Assembly (NCBI RefSeq): GCF_963921235.1
Contig: NC_086117.1
Span: 59,086,001-59,150,000, forward strand
From: Mobula hypostoma
Taxonomy: Eukaryota
DNA length: 64,000 nt
Direction: 5' to 3'
Shown here: positions 38,140 to 52,039 of the stretch, one piece after another
Layout: every line of letters begins with the position of its first letter
Numbering within the stretch: the stretch's first letter is position 1
Notes under the pieces: model-generated
Databases searched by the model: none
What the model was told of the DNA's origin: nothing
The model's input: the letters and a program-made list of their open reading frames with translations, nothing else
Position numbers and translations under genes: made by a program

Positions 38140-39350
38140 CAATATGACATAGCAGAATTAGGCCATCTGGCCCATCAAATCTGTTCTGCCATTCAATCAT
38201 GCCTGATAATTTTTTTCCCTCCTCAGCTTTCTCCCCATAATCTTTGATACCTTGTCCAGTCAAGAACCCATCAAGCTGTCTCAAATATACTCAACGACCT
38301 GGCCTCCACAGCCACCTGTGGTAATAAATTCCACAAATTCACCACACTCTGGCTAAAAGAAGTTTCTCAGCACCTGTTTTAAATGGATGCCCCTCTATCC
38401 TGAGACTGTGCCCTCTTGTCCTAGACGCCCTCATCGGAATAATCCTTCCACATCTACTCTGTCTAGGCCTTTCAACATTCAAAAGGTTTCAACGAGAAAC
38501 TCCTCACCCTTCTAAATTCCAGTGGGTATAGACTGAGAGCCATCAAATGTTCCTCGTACGATAACCCTTTTGTTCCTGGGGCCATCCTTGTGAACCTTCT
38601 CTGAACTCTCTCCAATGGCAGCACATCTTTCCTTAGATGAGGAGCCCAAAACCATTCACAATACTCAAGGTGAGGCCTCACCAGTACCTTATAAAGCCTT
38701 AGCATCACACTCCTGCCCTCGTATTCTAGACCTCTTGAAATTAATGCTAACATTGCATTTGCCTTCTTCACCACCGACTCAATCTGCAAGTTAACCTTTA
38801 AGGTGTTCTGCACAATGACTCCCAAGTCCCTCTGCATCCCAGATTTTTGGAGATCCCCCATTGAGAAAATAGTAGAAATAATTTATTTCTACTACCGAAG
38901 TGCATGACCATGCATTTTCCAACATTGTATTTCATTTGCTATTCTCCTAATCTGGTTGAGTCCTTCTGCAACATACCTGCCCTTCCACCAATCTTTGTAT
39001 CATCTGTAAACTTGGCAACAAAGCCATCTATTCCATCATAAAGAAGTGGTCCCAACACTGACCTCTGTGGAACACCACTAGTCACTGGCAGCCAACCAGA
39101 AAAGGATCCTTTTATTCCCACTCACTGTCTCCTACTAATCAGCCAATGCTCTAACTATGCCAGCAACTTTCCTGTAATGACATGGGTTCTTAACTTGGTA
39201 AGCAGTCTCATGTGTGGCAACTTGTCAAAGGTCTCCTGAAAGTCCAAATATACAACATCCACTGCATCCCCTTTATCCATCCTACCTGTAATCTCCTCTC
39301 AAGCAAGGTTTTCCCTTAAGGAAACCATGCTGGCTTTGTCCTATATTGTT
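38140..39350 (-). mobile_element. CR1-clade LINE fragment
   Basis: VTSGVPQ.SVLGP, QRDLGV...LYKVLVRPHLEYC..FWAP. Confidence 0.85.
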
Positions 39351-39769
39351 CCATATACAAGTATCCTGCATTGGTCTCCCAAGTCCCTTTGCACCTCAGA
39401 TCATCACCAATTTGATTTTTTAAAGCTTCATAATTATTAACCAAACTTAGCAACAGAATGTAAACTCAAAACTCTGTGGACTATTTGTCCAGAACTCTAA
39501 GTTACTAGCCCAGTAAGGGAAATGCTGCACCACCACTGGTGCTGTATAGCGGTGTGCAGGACTGGTCGTATTTTCTTGCTTGAATGTGTGCAGGAGGGAT
39601 GAGAAAGGGGGTTGTTTTCATTTTATTTTGTATTTGTTGTCGTTGCCATCTCTGTTGTTCTATGGAACATTGTGGGTGTGCTATGTTGGAGCCATAATAT
39701 GTGGTAACACTTGTGGGCTGTCTGTCCCCAGCACATTCTCTCTGTTTGGGGGGCGGGGGGGAGAAGAAA

Positions 39770-40495
39770 GGCATGGTGGCATAGCAGTTAATGCTGTGCT
39801 TTACAGTGCCAATGATTAGGGGTCAATTCCCACTGCCATCTTTGAGGAATTTCTATATTCGCCGAGTGGCAGGGTAGAAATGCATCTCTACCAAAGGAGG
39901 TATAAGGTGCCTCTTCCCTCCCCTAGCCTACAAGTCACCCTTGGGCAAGGTGTAGCACCTGGTTAGCCACCCTCCCCACCCCCACCCTCCTGGATCAGGG
40001 TCATGTGAAGCCATGGAGCAGGTGCTGGATGGTCGTATGAGCAGCTGGTGCATAGCACAAGTCCTGCTTATGCGACCACAGACGCCAAATAATCTCTTAA
40101 GAATACTGATAATGGCTGGGTAATTATCAATAAATATTGATAATACCCATCTTGCAAATACACTGCCCAGGAGGCGGCAATGGCAAACCACTTCAGTTAA
40201 AAAATTTGCCAAGAAAAATCATGGTTATGGACCACGTTCACGCACCTGATACGACAAAGCACATAATGATGGTGATATTTGTCCTGAGATCACATGGGCT
40301 TTCTCTGTGTGCTGCAGTTTCCTCCCACATTCCAAATACAGATGGGTTACTAAGTAGTGGGCATGTTACGTTGGTGCCTGAAGCATGGCGACTTTGCAAG
40401 TTGTCCCCAGCATAGATTCAGACCATGTTTGGTTGTTGACACAAAGATGTCTATCACGGCATGTTTTGATGCATGTGTGATAAATAAAACCGAAT
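39770..40495 (+). mobile_element. V-SINE-type element interrupted by an RTE-related SINE (39862-40270)
   Basis: tRNA-like head 39770-39860; body resumes at ~40277 (tgggctttctc..gtttcctcccacattccaaa); atatt on both sides of the insert. Confidence 0.65.
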
Positions 40496-40563
40496 CTACA
40501 TTGTTGATTAACAGTTGTGTTACAGGTTTAAAATTCATAGAGACAGTAAAATCTAATACTTAC

Positions 40564-40692
40564 TTTCCTTATTCAAGAATCGGATTGCCAGAAGCTCAGG
40601 TTTGGGTTCCTCATCTGCAAAGTCAGCGGGAGCATTCCACACCCATGCCCGGTCACTACCAACATTAGGCCTTAGCTCCATGGAAGGTGTAA
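40564..40692 (-). CDS. RANBP1: RANBP1 exon 4
   Basis: cctag| (L)[42 protein letters not shown](N) |gtaagt; 129 nt. Confidence 0.96.
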
Positions 40693-40816
40693 CTAGGAAT
40701 AAAAATCAATGAAAATACATTAGAACAACTTGCTTGTCTCACACACACAAAAAGAAAACCTCATTTGGCAGTTATCTTATCACGGGCAACAAATGGGGAT
40801 CAACCAACTAAAGGGT

Positions 40817-41265
40817 CTACACCAAGATGAAGATGTACCAGAACTGTGTTCTGTCCACACTCTTGTATGGGTCAGAATGCTGGCGCATGATACAGAATGA
40901 CCTTGCCAAGCTATTGTCATTCCATACTATGAGCCTCCAAAAAATCCTCTGTAATTTTCTGGCCAAGGAAAATCTCCAACAACGCCCTACTCCTTCAGTG
41001 TCATCAAGAGGACACATCACAATCATCATGAGGAAACTGTGGAGATGGACTGGGCATGTGACGAGAAGAGAGGCCAACTCAACCAACAAGAAAGCACTTC
41101 ATTGGACTCCTGAAGGGCAGATGAATTGTGGGAGACAAAAGACAATTTGGCGCCATACTGTACAGGCTGAACCACACCTGGGCACAATAGAGAAGATGCC
41201 CAAGGACAGAGAGAGAGATGGAGGACCTTCACTGTTGCCCGAAGCACCAACGGCGTAACTGGGAG
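40817..41265 (+). mobile_element. RTE-clade LINE 3' end
   Basis: KMYQNCVLSTLLYGSECW...WRWTGHVTR...KALHWTPEG...GR.K..W, typical of an RTE C-terminus. Confidence 0.85.
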
Positions 41266-41565
41266 CCACTACTTGAACTAGCTGAACAATTTTTTTTTTG
41301 CTGTAAATGTTAAAAATAAATAAAAAATAAGTCATGCCAGAGCAGCAGACTTCATTTTAGTCCAAAGGAGAATTCCTCAATTTTAGACAGCAAAGTGTAA
41401 AGAGGTAAATAACCCACTTTTAAATAACGGCTTCTCAATTCGAGCCAGCGCTTTGTTCCACCAGAGATCTTATTGCCCCAATTGCGTGCGCCATTTTAAA
41501 ATGTATCAATGTGGAAAACTTTGCAGACGTTCAACTGTTAAATCCAGCATAATTTAAAATAATCT

Positions 41566-42009
41566 CACAACACGCTGGAGGAACTCAGCGGGTCAGGCAG
41601 CATCTGTGGAAACGATCAGTCAATGTTTCGGGCCCGAACCCTTCGTCAGGACTGAAGAGGGAAGGGGCAGAGGCCCTATAAAGGTGGGGGGAGGGTGGGA
41701 AGGAGAAGGCTGGTGTGTTCCGGGTGAAAAACCAGTAAGGGGAAAGATAAAGGGGTGGAGGAGGGGAAGCAGGGATGTGATAGGCAGGAAAGGTGAAGAA
41801 GGAATAGTTGAACCTACCAGCCTTCTCCTTCCCCCCCTCTCCCCCCCACCTTCTTTATAGGGCCTCTGCCCCTTCCCTCTTCAGTCCTGACAAAGGGTTC
41901 CGGCCCGAAACATCGACTGATCGTTTCCACGGATGCTGCCCCACCTGCTGAGTTCCTCCAGCGTGTTGTGAGTGTTGCTTTGACCCCAGCATCTGCAGAG
42001 TATTTTGTG
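41566..42009. mobile_element. Short Penelope-like fold-back insertion with 13-bp TSD
   Basis: Minus arm from 41566 and plus arm ~41815-42009 are reverse complements; TTTAAAATAATCT at 41553-41565 and 42010-42022; hammerhead motifs at ~41618-41654 (-) and ~41882-41919 (+). Confidence 0.88.
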
Positions 42010-42399
42010 TTTAAAATAATCTGGTTTTCATTTGAGTCATGCATGCTTTCAAGTGCAATCAGAAGGCAATAGGAAACTGCATAAATCTGGCTAAGTGTTG
42101 ACCTTGTCAATACACCACACCATATCAATTTGCACTGCAACTTTGTGGGATCCATGGACGTGATTAATACTATCTAAGTAAAACCAACAAGAGAAGTAAC
42201 TCTTCTTCAAGAGCGAAAGTAAACAGCCCCTCAAATTCACAACACGCACAAGATACGAGTGCCTCACAGGGTTAATCAACTCATTGAACAAATATTTGCA
42301 AGGATGAAATACTAGCATAGGAAGAAATCTAAATTTCCAAGAAAAATTTAAATGATTTACAACTGCTAAGGGCAAACACATGAAATTTGTGTAACGTAC

Positions 42400-42557
42400 G
42401 ATAATGGTTTGCACAGATTTTGAGAGTTTTATCTCTTCTCATGAGGAGGCGTATTGTTCCCCTTTCCTTGTGCTTCAGCAACTTCACATCCCCAGTTCCT
42501 CGTTCTTTCCATTCAGGGGGGTCATTCTCAGAGGCATATCTAAAGAGTTTTGCACGC
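42400..42557 (-). CDS. RANBP1: RANBP1 exon 3
   Basis: caccag| [52 protein letters not shown] |gtacgt; 158 nt; Ran-binding-domain WKERG motif. Confidence 0.97.
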
Positions 42558-43650
42558 CTGGTGAAATAAAAACAAAATTAGGACATTTTAAATCCTGCTT
42601 CCAGCTTTTTCAAACACTTAGCAGTCACATCTACTTCATGAAAGACATTGTTAGGGCATATTCTGGAGTTATGCAACATAGCATGAATGCAGCTCAGTGA
42701 CAGCAGTGATTAACACTCACTTTGGGTGTGTTGGTGTGAAGATGTTTGAAATTATGTGCAATTCAAAGGAAGCATTATGAATGCATTGTAACTTAGAAAT
42801 TGTCCCGTTCTTAACATTGTTCTTTAACATAAAATGTGATGTAATATTGTATCAGCAGGCCTGCTTGTTGTGCAGAATAAAGACCTTTGTATCAATCACC
42901 AGCTTCAGTGTCCCCTGGTGACTTCAGCCACAACAACGCAAGTAAAACATCAGCAAATTGCCCCCCCAGATCGACTGCAATTTGGTAAAAGTGTTCAGTG
43001 CAATGAGTCTGATGGGCTCCTAACAAACAAGAACAGAAAATTCCCAAGGAAATGTATGTTTGGTGGATGCCAAGACAAAAGGGAGTAAGTCTTGGTCAGT
43101 TCAACATAGCTGACTTGAATATTTGGAACGCAAGGCATTTGAATTTCTTGGTTTCACACTATTTCCATTTTGATACAGAATATTTGAAGGCAATTAAAGA
43201 TAAAACTTGGATAGCTTGCCCAGAAGTCTTACAGTTTAAAACCCAAATATCTAAATACATATATTTTAATCTTTAAATGATTAGGAGTTAATGCCCATAT
43301 CTCCTCATCAGATAGCTGTGGATTTAAGCAGCACTTTAGAAAAATCTGTACTGAAACAATACAGAAGCTCACTACCTAAATAAGATCAATTACCCTGTCA
43401 GGTCCATGAGTTGCAGGGAAATATTTGACCATGAGGAAGGTTGATCCCTGGTGGCACAGACACAACAGATTCAGCAGATGCCGGAAATCATGAGCAACAC
43501 ATAAAATGCAAAACGGTGGAGCTCAGCAAGCCAGGCAGCATCTAGAGAGGGAATACAGTCCATGTGACCCTTCATCAGGACTGGAAAGGAAGGGGGAAGA
43601 AGCCAAAATAATAAGGTGGGGAATCTGAAGTAAGAAGTTGGGAGGGAATA

Positions 43651-44975
43651 TAGTACTGTGTAAAAGCTTTGGGCACATTGTGACCACCCCTTGCATTTAA
43701 AACCGCATCAATTCTTTTCAGTAAAGTGTTGTGCAGTTTTTTAAGAAAACTGGCTGGTAGGCTGTTCCAAGCATCCTGGAGAACCAGCCACAGTTCTTCT
43801 GCAGACTTTGGCAGTCCTGCTTGCTTCTGCCTCTCCAGGTAATCCCAGACAGCTTTAATGATGTTGAGATCAGGGCTCTGGAGACCACACTATGCAGAAC
43901 AATTCTTTATGACATTGGCCATGTGTTGAGGGTCATTGTCCTGCTGCAGAATGAAGATAGGACCATCTGACACCTCCCTGATGGCAATGCTTGTATTTCT
44001 CAGCAATTACGATTCCATTAATTTTGACCAGATCAACTCCATATGTAGAAATGCAGCTCTCAACCTACACGGAACCTCTGCTGTGCTTCACTGTTGGCTG
44101 CAGACTCATTTATGTTGCACCCTCCAGCTCTTCTACAGACCTGTTTGAGGCAAAAATTCTAAATTTTGACTCATCAGTCCGGAGCACCTGCTGCCACTGT
44201 TCAGCACCCCAGTCTGTGTTTTGTGCACAGGCAAGTCTCTTGGCTTTGTTTCCACTTGAGGAATGGCTTTTTGCAGCAACTCTTCCATGAAGATGACTTC
44301 TGACAAGATTTCTCCGGACTGAGCAGTGTATTTGGCTTCCACCGGTTTCTGTGAGTTTAGAGCTGACAGTAGCGCTGGACTTCTTCCTTTAGAAGGGACA
44401 CTAGTTTGGTGCCTTTCGTCTTGAACTCAGTTTCCGTGGGCAACCATTGCGCTTCTGGTCCTCAAACTTGCCTGTTTCTTTGTGCTTCTGAGCTTGGGCA
44501 GCATATCTTGAAACCCCTATCTGCTGAATTATTTCTGCTTGGGAGTGACCTTGCTGATGCAGGATGACCACCTCGTGTCTTGTTGCTGTGTTCACTCTTG
44601 TCATGGTGTAAGAATCGATCATTTGAAGGTTAAACTGTCACATCTGGCTCACCTTCACCTTTTAGTTTTATTGTCCTTTGCTCAGTTTGTTTCCTGCTAC
44701 ACCTGCTTCTGCTTCAGTTAACCAGTTTAGTTCATTCAACCTGTTATGTCATTGGTTTATTAGCATCCTGCTTGTTATTTTTGTTTAATCATGCAGTAGG
44801 CTACATATCTACAAAGTAATCAAGTTTTTATTTGAAAAGTGGTTATTACTTAATGTTATTCTAAATACAAACATTTCTCTGTAATATATAATTTTTGGGG
44901 GAAAATTAATGTTTGGGAATTTAAAATTTGCTCCTTTCTGTTGACACTAATGCATTAGACAAAAATAAACACACA
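43651..44975 (-). mobile_element. Tc1-like DNA transposon, decayed
   Basis: TIR-like agtactgtgtaaaagctttgggcac; minus ORF 44401-44622 is a paired-type HTH (TRHEVVILHQQGHSQAEI....GVSR.A...KHKETG.F.D.KR.G.PRK). Confidence 0.8.
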
Positions 44976-44999
44976 AAGCAAAATTTATGTAAGAAAAGG

Positions 45000-45745
45000 G
45001 AGGGATCCAATAGGAGTGGACTATGGAAGGAAGGGAAAGAGGAAGAGAACCAGAGGGAGGTGAGAAACAATCAGAAGTCAGAGAAATGCCATAAGATTGG
45101 AGACTACCCAGACAGAATGAGATGTTACTCACCCAGCCTGTGTTTGGCCTCATCATGACAGTAAAAGAGGCCATGGATAGACATGTCAGAATGGGAATTG
45201 GAAGTTGAATTGAAATGGGTAGTCACCTGGAGTTCCTGGCTTTTGTGGCAGACAGCTACGGTACTCAAAGTGGTCCCTCAATCTGCATCAGGTCTCGCTG
45301 ACATAGAGGCTTCACGGGGAGCACCTGATATAATAGATAACTGAGTGACTTGAAGGGGAAGTGTCACTTCACCTGGAAGGACTGCTTGGGTTGCTGAATG
45401 CTAGTGGAAGAGGAGGTATAGGGGAAACATAGCACTTGTCACAGGGCTAAGTGCCAGGAGGGAGATCAGTAGAAAGGGACGTGTGGACAAAGGAGTCACA
45501 GAGAGCAATCCCTATGGAAAGCAGAGTTTGAGGGGGTGGGGGAAATGGGCATAACTGTGGGATGCTGTTGGAGATGGTGGATTTTACACAGAATGACATG
45601 CTGGATATGGAGGCTCGTAGAATGGTAGGTAAGGACAAGGGGATTCCTATCCCTGTTATGAGGGCAGAGGCGTGAGAAACAGATGTAGGCGAGGGCAGGT
45701 TCAATGGAGGTGGAAAGGGACTTTTTTTTTTAAAAGAATTATCAC
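45000..45745 (-). mobile_element. Older Penelope-like GIY-YIG fragment
   Basis: Collinear decayed match to 29950-30730 (gacatgtcagaatgggaat, cacctggaaggactg, aagtgccaggagggagatcagt). Confidence 0.8.
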
Positions 45746-48404
45746 GGGTATCATCACTGATATTACTCAATAAACTAATAAAACACAAAAAGAAAATGAT
45801 TACTGCTGTTCTTGGGAGAAAGTTGGACGTAGCTCTTTGCTGAACTTCCTAAATTACAACACCAACTTCAAAAGTACCCCATTGGCTGTAAAGTACTTTG
45901 GAATTTTATTTATTTATTGAAATACAGCACAGAATAGGCCTTCTGGCCTTTCAAGCCATGCCACACAGCAATCCTCCGATTTAATCCAACTTAATCACAG
46001 GACAATTTACAATGATCAATCAATCTACTAACCGCTATGTCTTTGGGAGGAAACCCATGCATTATGGGGAGAACATATAAACTCCTTACAGGCAGCAGTG
46101 GGAATTGAACCCGAGTTGCCAGTACTGTAAAGCTATCGTGCCGGTGCCCCTAAAAACTAGTCACACAAGATCAACTGTGGAAGATCAGGATTCTGAGCCT
46201 GAGAACTATCACACAAGTGTAAGTCCAGCTTGTTTCTCCCAGTTATACCAGCACCAAAACTATTGGTGGGCTGGAACAAACATGAACAAAACCACACATT
46301 CAGGAATGTTACTGTATATTTCAGAGGAAATGGGAACTTGAAAGCAAATTATTAACTGGATGTGTAGAGGAAAGTACCAGTTTATGACTGCAAAGGCCTG
46401 TGCTATTATATGGAAGTGTTTCTCCTGAAGAATCTCAATTGCCAACTGCATCAGACACAGTCCTTTATTTTTCTGGATAACCACTTGGAATAGGCAAATA
46501 CTGTATAACCGCTTGACAATACCACAGCAAACAAGACTGGTAACTACACTAATCAGAACTGCAAAAGATAATGGGAACATTGAAACTGAACAGGACCTTT
46601 TTGTCAAATTCATAGCAGTTCACGAATTGATATTAAGAGCACTTTCCCCACCAAAGTGATCACGACCTACACTTTTTGACTCAATCTCTTTCGTGCTTCA
46701 GAACAATAGCTCTCAGCTGCAAAGGAGACCTTTCATCCAGCAGACATTGAAAACAATTACTCAAAAATAGATTTGTATGACATTTGACATTTGTACACAG
46801 GCCTTGATAAGAAATGAGTACTTAGAATCAGAGTACTTTTAAACTTTAGTTACAGCATCCATTGTATCTACATAACCAGTCAGTACAATAATAATTTGTT
46901 GTTAGGTACTGCAACCCAATCAGGTTTAGTATTACTCACATACAATGTGAAATTCGTTAACTTTCGGCAGCAACACAATGCAATACATAATAAATAGGAG
47001 AAAAAAACTGAATGACAGAAAACATACATCTATTAAACTAAATAAATAGTGTTCATGGGTTCAATCTCCATTTGGAAATCAGATGGCAGAGGGAGGAAGC
47101 TGTTCCTGAATCATTGAGTGTGTCTTCACACTTCTGTACCTTGTTCCCGATGGTAACAATGAGAAGAGGGCTTTTCCTGGGTGGTGGGGGTCCTTGATGA
47201 TGGACGCCTTCCTAAGGCACCACTCCTTGAAGGTGTCTTGGATACTGCAGATTCTAGCTGACTAACTTTACAAGTTTCTGCAACTTACTTCGATCTTGTG
47301 TAGAAGCCCCCCCCCCAGTGTATTCAAATGTTCTGTCAAGAACATTACAGAATCGTTTACAAAAAGCTCAAGAAAACAAAAGCAGCAGCAAATTATTCCA
47401 CTTCTGAAGGAAGAGAAGCATTGTTTCATTAACATGACACATCATTGGAAATGTAAAGAGCCAAACTCAGGTTTAAGGCACAAGAATACACCCGTGGATC
47501 ATTCAACAAATGCAAATAAAACGGTGCCTCAAAATAATTTGCGGGCACGAAAAAAGTCTACAGGTGCTGAAAATCCAGAGCAACACACAAAATGCTGGAG
47601 GAACTCAGCAGGGCAGACAGCATCTACAGAAAGGGGAGTAAATAGCCGGTGTTTGAAGCAGAGACCCTTCATCAGGACTCAGGTATCAGTCACATAGGAA
47701 ATCACCTATCAGAAGAACTAAGCATCTGTTCCTATATCTATTTTCTTTAAACTTTATATAATCACTAACTTTTGTGCCCCCAATAAATTTTGACCCTTCA
47801 CATGTCAGATCATCCTTTACTGCAAAGTGACATCATTATCCTTCAACAGCTCCTATCCAACATTCAAATGGCTCGAATGTTATCCAGTCAGCTGGAGAAG
47901 ATTATAAAAAGCTATCTCTTCCTGCTCCATTACCGATGATTTACAATACTATCCTAAACCAATGACTCAGCATCATCCTAAATCATGCAACCCCAAATCT
48001 ATCTGTATTCAACAAATCCAGAGATTCAATGGCGCCTGTGCTTATTCAAATTTAAAATTTCCTCCATTTAAATGTTAGGAAGACCAACGGCTACATCAGA
48101 CCACCAGTCACCTTTGATCTCACCCCACCATAACAAAATCTGTCTCTATCCACAGATTTCATCCTCTTTCTCAGCCACTGCCCAAGACAGTTTGGAATCA
48201 CATCATTCTTTGCAATTCTGAATGATGTTCTTTAAGCTCATAAACCACCTTCCTGAAGACAGCTGCTGACATTGGCTACTCAGTAACTCAACAATTTATA
48301 CATCCTGAAGATCATCCAAAGCTCTCAGCTCTTACCCGTATCCCAACCCCAACAACTCATTTACCCATCAGTCATATGTTCCTCCAAGAGGACCACAAGC
48401 TTGT

Positions 48405-48595
48405 TGTACAATTTGGAGGCTTGTGTGCCTCAATGACCCTGAGAGCTATGTTGGCTCGAGTTAGGGCTTTATGCTTTGGCTCTTGGTAGGGTCACCCATG
48501 CCAAACAGGTCAAAGGGTAGAGGCCAGACTGAGAGGAGTCCACTGGTCCTTTACCTTCAGTGCTAAACGCCAGCAGCGTAATGGACAGTTAATAA
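48405..48595 (+). mobile_element. Internally deleted copy of the RTE-derived non-autonomous element
   Basis: ggaggcttgtgtgcctcaatgaccc...ggtagggtcacccatgccaaacagg joined to taaacgccagcagcgtaa. Confidence 0.7.
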
Positions 48596-49933
48596 GTATG
48601 TTACATGTTAGCCAACATTGGGAAGATTCACCAGTCTTTACATTTAAAATTCACCTACTTGCATGCATCCCTCACCCTGCAATGTCTAACCTACTATGAT
48701 ACCCACATACCCACAAAACTTATCCAGAAATATATGTTGTAGCATTACCTGTTCCTTACGTATTATTAAGAAGCACTCACAACTGTACACAGGATGCAGT
48801 TAGGCAAGAACCCTCAGCAGGTCAGGCAGCATCTTTGGAAAAGAGTAAACAATAGATGCTTCAGGCCAAGACCCTTCTTCTTTTCTACAGATGTTACACG
48901 AACTGCTGAGTTCCTCAAGCACTTTGTGTGTGCTATTTTGAATTTCCAGCACTGCAGATTTTCTCACATTTATAATACAATTAGATAATGCATTAGTGAG
49001 ATGTGGTCTTAAATTAAGACTAATCTCCAGCTAAAAAAATCAAAAAGTCAGTGAGTCCTCAAGAATTTTCCTTTACTCCTTTGCCTTAGCTCAGTGGCAA
49101 CTTTCACCGAAAATCAAGTAGATTTTGGCTTAAAGCTATAATCCAATTTAGAGCCAAACAGCACACAGTTAATACACTCTACAGGTGAACGAACAATGCC
49201 AATGTTTGGTTGATCTATGAAGTGAGGTCCTCTCTACAAAGAGTAGGGTGCTCACCCAGGGCCTTGGCCATTATATTTACCACGTTATTACCAAGTACTT
49301 TATTAACCATAATAATAAAACCACAGGCCTGTTTCCCTCTTTTGCACACTGCCCAGAACTGTACAAACGCTCAGGGACTTGGGCTGTATATCTGATTTCT
49401 TTTTGCTCGCTATTTTGTATGTGCTGTGTATGTTTTGCACCTTGGCCCCAAAGGAACACAGTTTTGTTCGGCTGTATTCATGAATGTTTGAATGATTAGA
49501 ATTAAATTCAATTTGATTTTTAAAAAATCCTATTAAAACAAATTGATGAATTATTCTTCTCAGTTTTTGTAGGATCTTGCTATGTACACATTGGCCTTTA
49601 AGGTTTCAAAATAGAAACAGCAGTGATTACATTTTCAAAAAGTGGTTCAAGTATTTTAAGCTACCATTTTCATACTGTCACAAACCAAAATTATGATTCA
49701 AGATCAAACACTTGTCTGAGGAAAACAGGAAGGCACCTGGAAATCAAGACTAGAAGAAAAGTAGGGCACAAAAGAAGTGAATCTACCTTTCCAATGAAGT
49801 CCAGAAGTAGGCAAATTAAACCACCTACACAGCACAAGACACCATGCTACGAAAGCAAGAAACTGCTACCTGTACAAATCATATTGAGGTGGTTGCAGGC
49901 ACAATATGCAAACTTACTGTTTTAGTTACTTAC

Positions 49934-50070
49934 ATCCTGAAAAGTTCTTCTTCATCTTCTTCCAATGTTTTCACCTCTTGCTCAGGGAGAGAGACAATTG
50001 GTTCAAAGTGGGGATCATGATTAGCATCTTCATTCACGTTCTCTGTAGAAGCATCATGGTCACCTGCTTC
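49934..50070 (-). CDS. RANBP1: RANBP1 exon 2
   Basis: ttccag| EAGDHDASTENVNEDANHDPHFEPIVSLPEQEVKTLEEDEEELFR(M) |gtaagt; 137 nt. Confidence 0.97.
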
Positions 50071-52039
50071 CTGGAATAGATACAACGGATAACTGAAACA
50101 GGCCTTCTTTTCTAAACCGAAACTTAAAGACCCTTGTCATAAACAATAGAAAGTCTGCAGATGCTGGAAATCCAGAGCAACACACATAAAACACTGGAGG
50201 AACTCAGCAGGTCAGGCAGCATCTATGAAAAATAAACAGTGGAAAGTTTGGGCTGACACCCTTCTTCAGCCTTGTTCCATTTTTATTTTGCAACTCCAAG
50301 CATCTGCAGTTTTTAAATTTTAATCATCTAATCCAATTTATTGTTATACAATGCATTAATAATCTGGTGTTGCCAGAAACATTTAACTCTACATTTACAG
50401 GACACTACCTTGTAATGATCCCAAGAATAACACACAAAAGTTGTAAATTCCAACCTTCCTATCTTGGAATTTTGATATCGGTTAAAACAGTAATGTGTAG
50501 GCAAGAACACATGATTCCTGCCAATTTACCACATTTTGAAAAACTGCAAGCACCAATTTCTCCCAATGTTGGAGTCATTATTAAAGAATGGTGTGGTCTT
50601 GATTCTTTAATGTTTATTATTCCAAGTATTTATTGAATATTCCCACAAGAAAATTAATCTCAGGGTTGTATATGGTGACATACACGTACTTTGAACTTTA
50701 TCTCATGTACATCCAAACCTTCAGTGAAATATGCAGCTTTGTATCACAATCGAAGGATGTGCTAGAGGCAGCCAAGTGTTGCGATGCTTCCAGCACCAAT
50801 ATAGCATGCCCACAACCAACTCCAAGTCTCTGGAATGTGGGAGGAAAGTGGAGCACTCAGAGAAAACCCCCACAATCACGGGGAGAATGCACAAACCCCT
50901 TACAGACAGCAGTGGGTATTGAACCCTGATCTTCTACAGTTGATCTTATAGGACTAATTTTTATTTTCACTCATCACCGATCACTGGATTGCTGGTCTAC
51001 CACCAGCTGTTTCACAGAACCTTTCCTTCTCTTTTTAAAATCCCAGTGTGCTTTTCACTTTTTTTTGCTGTTTGCGCAATTTGTTCTTTGCTTTTGCGTG
51101 TTGGGTGTTTGATGTTTTCTTCGAACAGATTCCATGGTATTTCTTTGTTTCACGGTTGTCTGTGGAAAGACAAATCTCAGGGCTGTACACTGCATACATA
51201 CTTTTGACAATAAATGTAATTTGAATCAACAACTACTTTTCTGATCACTTAGGAGCACAGCCAGGTACGCAAATATTTGTGTTTTATTTTCAAACATTAT
51301 ACCTGTTCAAATAAACAAAGACTGCCCTCATTCCGAACTACTGATGGGATGACACCGCTACCAATTTAGGCAAGGATTGGGAACTTAAACACAATTAAAA
51401 CATAGAAAAAGTCTGGTGCACCTAGCAATCTATGAACGCACTGAAAAGGCCAAAATTTAAAAACACCTTTTTGCTACTAGAAAGACTGTACAATAAAATA
51501 TCATTTACAGGGGAAAGGAGGCTTAAGTGGAGAATAGGTTGTGCCATATTCTCATTGTTACCATCAGGAAGGAGATACAGGAGCCTGAAGGCACACACTT
51601 AATGATTCTGCCCCTCTGCCACTCGATTTCTGATTTGAACCCCATGAACATTACCTCGCTACTTTTTTGCATTACTTATTTAATATAGTGTAATTGTTAT
51701 TTTTTTATTATTATTGCACTGTACTGCCGCAAAGACAACAAATTTCATGACCTAGAGAATGTGACGGGCAAGTTTTTTTTACTCAGAATCATGGATGAAT
51801 GGAATGTGCTGCCTGGTACGGTGGTAGAAACAAAATACATTAGAAGCTTTTAAGAGGCAGGCACATGGATGTGAGGAAGATGGAGGGATACGGATATTGT
51901 GCGAATGGAGGAGGAATTAATGGGTGTTTTTGTTTTGTCTTTGAGCTGGTTCAGCACAACACTGTGAGCCAAAGGGCCTGTTCCTGTGCTATATTGTTCT
52001 GTATGTGCAGTCACTGTACGGAAAACCTTAAAGGTTAAC

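Noticed and set aside
42905-43015. SNORA77-like sequence on the minus strand (cagactca.tgcactga...tgtggctg...ggggACA)
   Set aside because: Only short collinear blocks against a remembered sequence; no ANANNA box between hairpins and no U-rich guide.
46170-46285. Second H/ACA-like candidate in RANBP1 intron 2
   Set aside because: One decent hairpin and box-like words, but the second hairpin is too weak; compatible with chance.
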